NCBI GenBank assembly: GCA_036172245.1
Contig: JAYWIR010000005.1
Span: forward strand, 248,001 to 312,000
DNA length: 64,000 nt
Direction: 5' to 3'
DNA from: Raillietiella orientalis
Lineage: Eukaryota
The notes beneath the pieces were generated by a model. That model did no database searches, had not been told where the DNA came from, and was given only the letters and a program-made list of their open reading frames with translations. Position numbers and translations under genes: made by a program. Within the stretch, counting starts at the first letter, position 1; every line of letters starts with the position of its first letter. This document shows positions 58,800-64,000 of this stretch, in pieces.

Positions 58800-60370
58800 T
58801 GAAAATGAATGTTAGCTCGAGGGGGTCCCTGGGGAAGGAGCGCACGGCGCGTCTCCTCTTTTCGTGACCCTTCGGGGTCTCGGGCCCGAACCAGACGTCC
58901 TTGGGAGGGGTGCCTTTTCCCAGAGTCACCCCCTCTGCGTGCCTGCCGGAGCACGTGGCCCAGAGGGGTGCAAGGGGCGATCTGGAGATCCCGTCCAGAT
59001 GGGCTGTCTCCCCGACGGACCAGGCGCGGCGCATGCAGCACTGCCCCTGAGGTGCGCCGCGCGCCCGAGGAGTGGGTCGATCGCTGCGCCTTTTCGCTGG
59101 TGGGCACCTGGGCGTTCTTCCCACCGGGAGCGCTACTGCGATTCAGGAGGGAACCTACGGTCCCTCCCCGTGGAGCAGACGAGTGCATCTGAACGCGCCT
59201 GCAGCGTCACCACTGCTGCAGGAGTTGACCCGCTCTCGGAGGCCAAAGACGCATGAGATGGTCCAGTTGCTGGCGGAGATGAACACGTCGGCTTCCGGTG
59301 AGCGAAGGCAGGTCTCCCACCCGGCCAGCGGGCATTCCCGTGAGTTCGTGGCAACCGCCTTGGTGACGCGCTCACCAAACTGCTATCGCAGGAGCGGCCC
59401 TTGGCCGTTTTCCGAGTTCCCCGGGCAGTCGCTAAGGGCGAGCCGCGCACTCGTGGGATGGCGGCTTCGTTAGCGGGTTACGGAGGAGGTCGTCAGATTG
59501 ACGAAGGGTTCAAGGAAGAGAGATTTCAGAGAGGTGCCGACGGCACCATTCGGTCCGCAGGACGCGCTCGATTTCGTTGGGAGTTCCTGCCGGAGCTGTC
59601 GGGAGGTCCCGGCCCGCCCCGCCAGTCCCTGAGCCCGCCATGATGTGCAGTGCACACAGACGTTCGTTTCCAGGACCGCCACGTGCCCACTCGACACCGA
59701 GGAGGGTTACCAGGCGAGGGGACGACCCGCTCCCGCGCTGCCCCGGATTGGAGCCGCGGAGCATCTCGGAAGACCTTGACTCCCGCCGCTGCACGCCGGC
59801 AGCGATCGCCAAGGGGCGCGTCCTGCCGTGGTCTTTCGACGGACCTTCCGGGCGGATTGGCCAAGGGGAAAGCTAGTGCACGAGGGGAGATGGATTCCCG
59901 CGTGGCCTCCCCGGGACCACTGGGTAGGAGATGAGTGGGATCCATCCACAGAGGGGCCCGTGGCTTGCAACCGCTCTTCCGAAGCGCGGTGCGACTGCTC
60001 CGGAGAGAAAGCGAGGCTCCGGCCCCCTTAAGGAACGCAGTTTCCTCTCTCCGGAGCGGATCGCTTCTTCGCTGTCTTCTCTTCCTTTCTCTCTTGAGCT
60101 GATATCAACACCCTCCGTTGGGAAATCCCTTGAGGCTGCGTGACGCTCATCCTTGCAGCAAGAGGGTGGGACTTTCCCGGAGCGGCCTTCCTGGTGGGAG
60201 CTGGGGGGATTCCGGCCGCCGCTCACGCCGAAGGTCGCCATCGAAGGGCGGTGCTTCCGGGTGCCGATTCCGGTGCCTAGGTCGCTGTCCATACGGCCAG
60301 TGATGAAGGAGAAGGAGCACTCAGCGTCCTGTTCTTTCCTCAGGCTGTCCACATTCGACCTGTCCATGAG
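58800..60370 (+). mobile_element. Degenerate RNase H-bearing LINE fragment (I/Nimb/Ingi-like)
   Basis: VHTDV (cf. YTDGS) at 59650, LDSRRC...AI (cf. SDS.SAL.AI) near 59780, WIPAW...VGDEWD (cf. WIP.H.GI.GNE.AD) near 59890, and a terminal Cys/His-like remnant near 60270-60350. Confidence 0.4.
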
Positions 60371-62349
60371 GATGAGAGCAGGTGGATCACGTGGGCTCTC
60401 GGAATTGCCAGCGTGTGTGCCTAGTCGTCGCCAAGCTCGCGTGCAATCTCAGGTGGACCCACGGACTCCGGACAAGGAAAGAGGAGAATTAGGAAGGGAG
60501 GAGGAGGAAGAGGAGGAAGGTGGTCAAGAGATGAACTTTGGGGATCGGCGATAACACGATGGCAGTCGGTATGCAGCCGGGCATCCACTTTTGGATTGAT
60601 TAAATGGAGTCACAAGGGAGTGCTTCTAAAATGGATCGAACATGTCGTTTCCGTCTGGAAAGAACGGATTCAAATGCGTCATGCATGTCTGTCTCTATGC
60701 CAATTTATCTCCTCCGCGGCAAATGGTGACGAAACCAAAAGATGAGAAACCCTGATCTTCATCAACTGATTGTTCGCCGCGGAGGCTGACTGTGGACGCA
60801 TCCAATTGGATTTTCCGTGATTCCTCTGGCTGGCTACACTCGAATCGTATCAGCCGAGGACGGAGAATCATCCACGAGGAGCCCTTAGTCAAGATTTCAT
60901 CTGTGAATTTGCTATTTTTAGATTCCAAAATGGACGTTTGTAAGGGGGACCGTTCTCACGGGCAGGGACTTTCTAACAGAGGACTCGTTTCGAAGCACTT
61001 CGTCTCGAAAGGAACGTTCTTCTTTGGAGATGCAGACTTTATGGACTTCGGTCAGCAGGAGAGAACTCAATTTACTTCCGAGTAGGTCGTGGACTCCCAC
61101 ATCGATCAGCTCAAACTCAACATCAGGAGGGTTAGTGTTGAGTTGCCTGCGATGAGACCGGAGTCGAAAGCCGTCCCCATTCCACCCCTTCATGCCGTTT
61201 CCTGCCCTTAACCCGTCCCATTTGAATCTCCCTGCAGGTTTTGAACTTTCGATGTTTGGGACCAGTGGCGGATTCTTGATTGCGGTGTGGCCCAGCGACA
61301 AGTTGTTGTTGGGGCTGCTGCTGGCAGTGTTTCCGCTGTTTCAGTCTTGTTTGAGGGAAGTGACTGCGAAGAAGAGCTCGCTCTCTGACTGATTGCAACT
61401 CCGACCGCTGATGTCAGTTCTGTTGAACGAGCGGTGCGTGATGAGCACGAGAAAAAACAGGAAACAGAGTCAGCCGTCCTGTGCCATCGACGATCGCAGA
61501 TTGCACTCAAATCCATGAGCAACGAACGGGATCTCTTAGATATTCCGTAAAGTCTCTCCGATGTGTCATCTCCCCATCCAGCATCTAACATCATGCCCAT
61601 ACTCGGTCTCCAATCCGGGTACGGGGATGGCGTCCACAATTAAAAATAAAGATCTGAATGGACAGCAGCTACGACTAAGAAATTCCTAAGATTGGGTCCA
61701 GTATTCTCAAATTCTGTGGATAAAGGCATCACCGAGGTGTAGCTGAGCACTAAGCACAAATGTCGATCGGAATCTAACTTCCGAAGGAAGGAGAGATGTT
61801 TTGCCTGTCTCGCCGACCGCTGCGAGACATGGCTACCTCTCTCTCCACTCTTTCCGCTGCTGTGGCTGGAGCCGTTTTTTTCCCCCGAAGCAGCAGCAGC
61901 TACCCGTTCCTTTTGCGCGAGGACAACGTCTTGACCTTTTTTGAAACAGTTTGTTCACAGCAGTTTTTTTGGGTCATTTACCTTTAGGCCGAGGAGTTGA
62001 TGGGAAATGGGCTGCCCTTCCTCTTCTTTCCCATCACCTCCGTTCAGCCCTCCTCGTTCTCCCAGAATTGTGTTTCCGTTAGGAGATGGCGCTGCATCCG
62101 CTTCAGCGGTGGGACACCGCGTTGCCTTCTCAGCCGCTCGGGAACTGCTGCCGCGGCACACCTCGCTGGTGTTTCCCTTGCAGTTGTGAGACGCTGCGCG
62201 TACACGTGCGGTAAGTAGCTGCGTCGCCTTCATCTTCGCGACAGTGGGCGGCTGAGCTGCCTTGGCTACGGTCAAAGAAGACAGTCTTGCGCACGGACAG
62301 TATCGTAGGCGAGGAAGGCGACTGAGCCGCGATTATTGCCAATACCCCG

Positions 62350-64000
62350 CCAAGGCAGTAAGTAAAACCATTGCCGCGGCAATTTCTACGTGCCCCGAGT
62401 GGGCAAATAAAATTGCCAAGAACAGTGTGAAGTGAATAATGAACAGTGTTTAGTGACTTGTAAAACTTGTAGTGTCAGTGCAGCGTAAGACTTCGACCAC
62501 TTTCAAAGAACAGGAACAGCACGGCGGAAGGGATACGTCCCACCTCGACGGCAGAAGTCCAGCAGTTCGCCGCCACCATGCAGGGACAGGCAGACAGGAC
62601 GACATCGACCCAGACAGAGTCGGACGATCGTGTGGTGGTAGAGCTTCCGGCTATGTCTGCGACGACGACGGCAATGGCTCAGCCCCCGTGCCCCCACGTG
62701 GCGGGGAGTTCGAAGGATGCGACGCCAGCCTGTGCAACCACGACAGCACGGACGTATGCAGCGGTAACGGCGGGCACCAATGCCCACCAAAACCGCAGTT
62801 TTGGTAAGTCGGAAACTGGAAAAATCTACAACGAAGACGGACCAATTATACGGATAAGTCCAGACGTGAAACCGATCTCGTTTAAAACTGGACTTATCCG
62901 TATAAACAACATCAAGGAAGTCTAATTAGCCCTCTTTAAGGCTAACGTCGACTTTGATCGCTTAACTGAAGAACTAATCCAGAAGGGAATTAACATCCAA
63001 GGACGGTGGGTGCGAGGCATCAGCGAGATGCCATACACCACAGTTTTCCTAGGTGGCGTTTGAATTACTACAAATAAGCAAGCCATCTGGAAGTTTTTGG
63101 CAAAATACGGTGAAGTGCTAGACGTGGAATTCAGGAACCATTCCGGCAAAGTATTTGCCGGCGATGTAAAAGCTATTAATAAAGTTACTGGAGGGAGCGC
63201 AAATTCCAGGTTGGCGCACATCGACGGCGACTCCCAGGAAGTCTACGTACGTCATAGGCAGCAAACGATCTCCTGCATGGGGTGCAAGCAGTTAGTCCAT
63301 AGGGTCAGTGCTTGTCCGAGATCTAGGTGTTTCCGGTGTGGTAAGCAAGGCCATCAGGTTAGGTCGTGTCAGCAGCCGGCGGTATGCGCCTTTTGCAAGG
63401 TTCCGAGTCATGCAAGGTGGAATTGCCCGGAGTACGCGAACTGGCGAACCATACGCGGAATTTCCCCCGTGAGGGAAAGAGTGGAAAAACCGGCCGAAGA
63501 GCCGAAAAAGGTAGTCGCGAAGAAGGCGCGGAAAAAGGGCGTAGCCCCGAGTGTGTCTGAGGACGGGTTTGTGGAAGTGAAGAAAGGGAAAAAGGGGTAC
63601 CCCCGAAGAAGCAGGAAGTCCCCGAGGAATTAAAGGAAGCAGTAGAGGAAAGCGTGATGGCGGAAAAGGCGGGAAAAAGTGTAGATGTTGAATGTGTCAC
63701 GGCACCTGAGGAAACTTTGCAGGTTGCCGAAGACTTGGAAAAGCTGGCACAGGATGTCCAGCGTGGAAAAATTGTGAAAGGAAAAGAGCAAGAACAATTA
63801 CTTCGATGTTTTCGCGAAGTCCAGGAGGACATCAATAGGACGGTGGAGGTGGCCCATCGTGAGAAGCTGGAGAACAAGCTTCTAAAAGTGGAGGCCGAAT
63901 ACTGTGCAAGGGTGAGCCTGGAGATGCTTCCACCCAGTGCCAGTGAGAAGTCGGAACAAGGGACAGAAACTACCGACCTCACTGGCACGGAAAGCGATGC
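62350..64000 (+). mobile_element. 5' part of a comparatively young L1/Tx1 LINE: 5'UTR plus disrupted gag-like ORF1 with three CCHC zinc knuckles; runs off the window end
   Basis: The frame from ATG 62578 (TYAAV motif, RRM-like FLAKYGEV) is interrupted by in-frame stops at 62923 and 63061. It then gives CMGCKQLVHRVSAC, CFRCGKQGHQVRSC, CAFCKVPSHARWNC and DGFVEVKKGKK, with a frameshift near 63600 and a charged tail. Confidence 0.85.

Noticed and set aside
60600..61700. Minus-strand ORFs of 127-143 aa
   Set aside because: No identifiable domain or coherent exon structure; left unannotated.
1..64000. CRISPR arrays, rRNA, intact tRNA genes or prokaryotic operons
   Set aside because: None seen. 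The DNA is intron-containing eukaryotic sequence, and the tRNA-like motifs occur only as degenerate repeat heads without a full cloverleaf.

Overview
Eukaryotic, arthropod-like (probably crustacean; inference) genomic DNA with a sharply two-part structure. GC-rich, CpG-rich, transposon-littered flanks (about 1-14.5 kb and 39.4-64 kb) surround an AT-rich, CpG-poor gene block (about 18-39 kb). Five spliced genes can be reconstructed by hand with GT-AG introns and consistent phases. Bursicon beta (minus strand, 327-1024) and bursicon alpha (plus strand, 9986-13994) lie head-to-head about 9 kb apart. NFX1/shuttle craft (9 coding exons), SZRD1 (5 exons) and a cyclophilin with a possible mitochondrial leader (4 exons) are all on the minus strand. 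A probable decayed, intron-retaining Axin-like pseudogene lies between bursicon alpha and NFX1. The flanks hold many degenerate L1/Tx1 LINE pieces, whose 3' ends carry a shared Helitron-like hairpin+CTAG terminus instead of poly(A). They also hold an internally deleted mariner with long TIRs, MULE, RTE-like and RNase H-bearing LINE remnants, and an unclassified dispersed repeat with a tRNA-like head. Family assignments rest on motifs recalled from memory; no database search was run. Most GC-rich ORFs in the supplied track are spurious.
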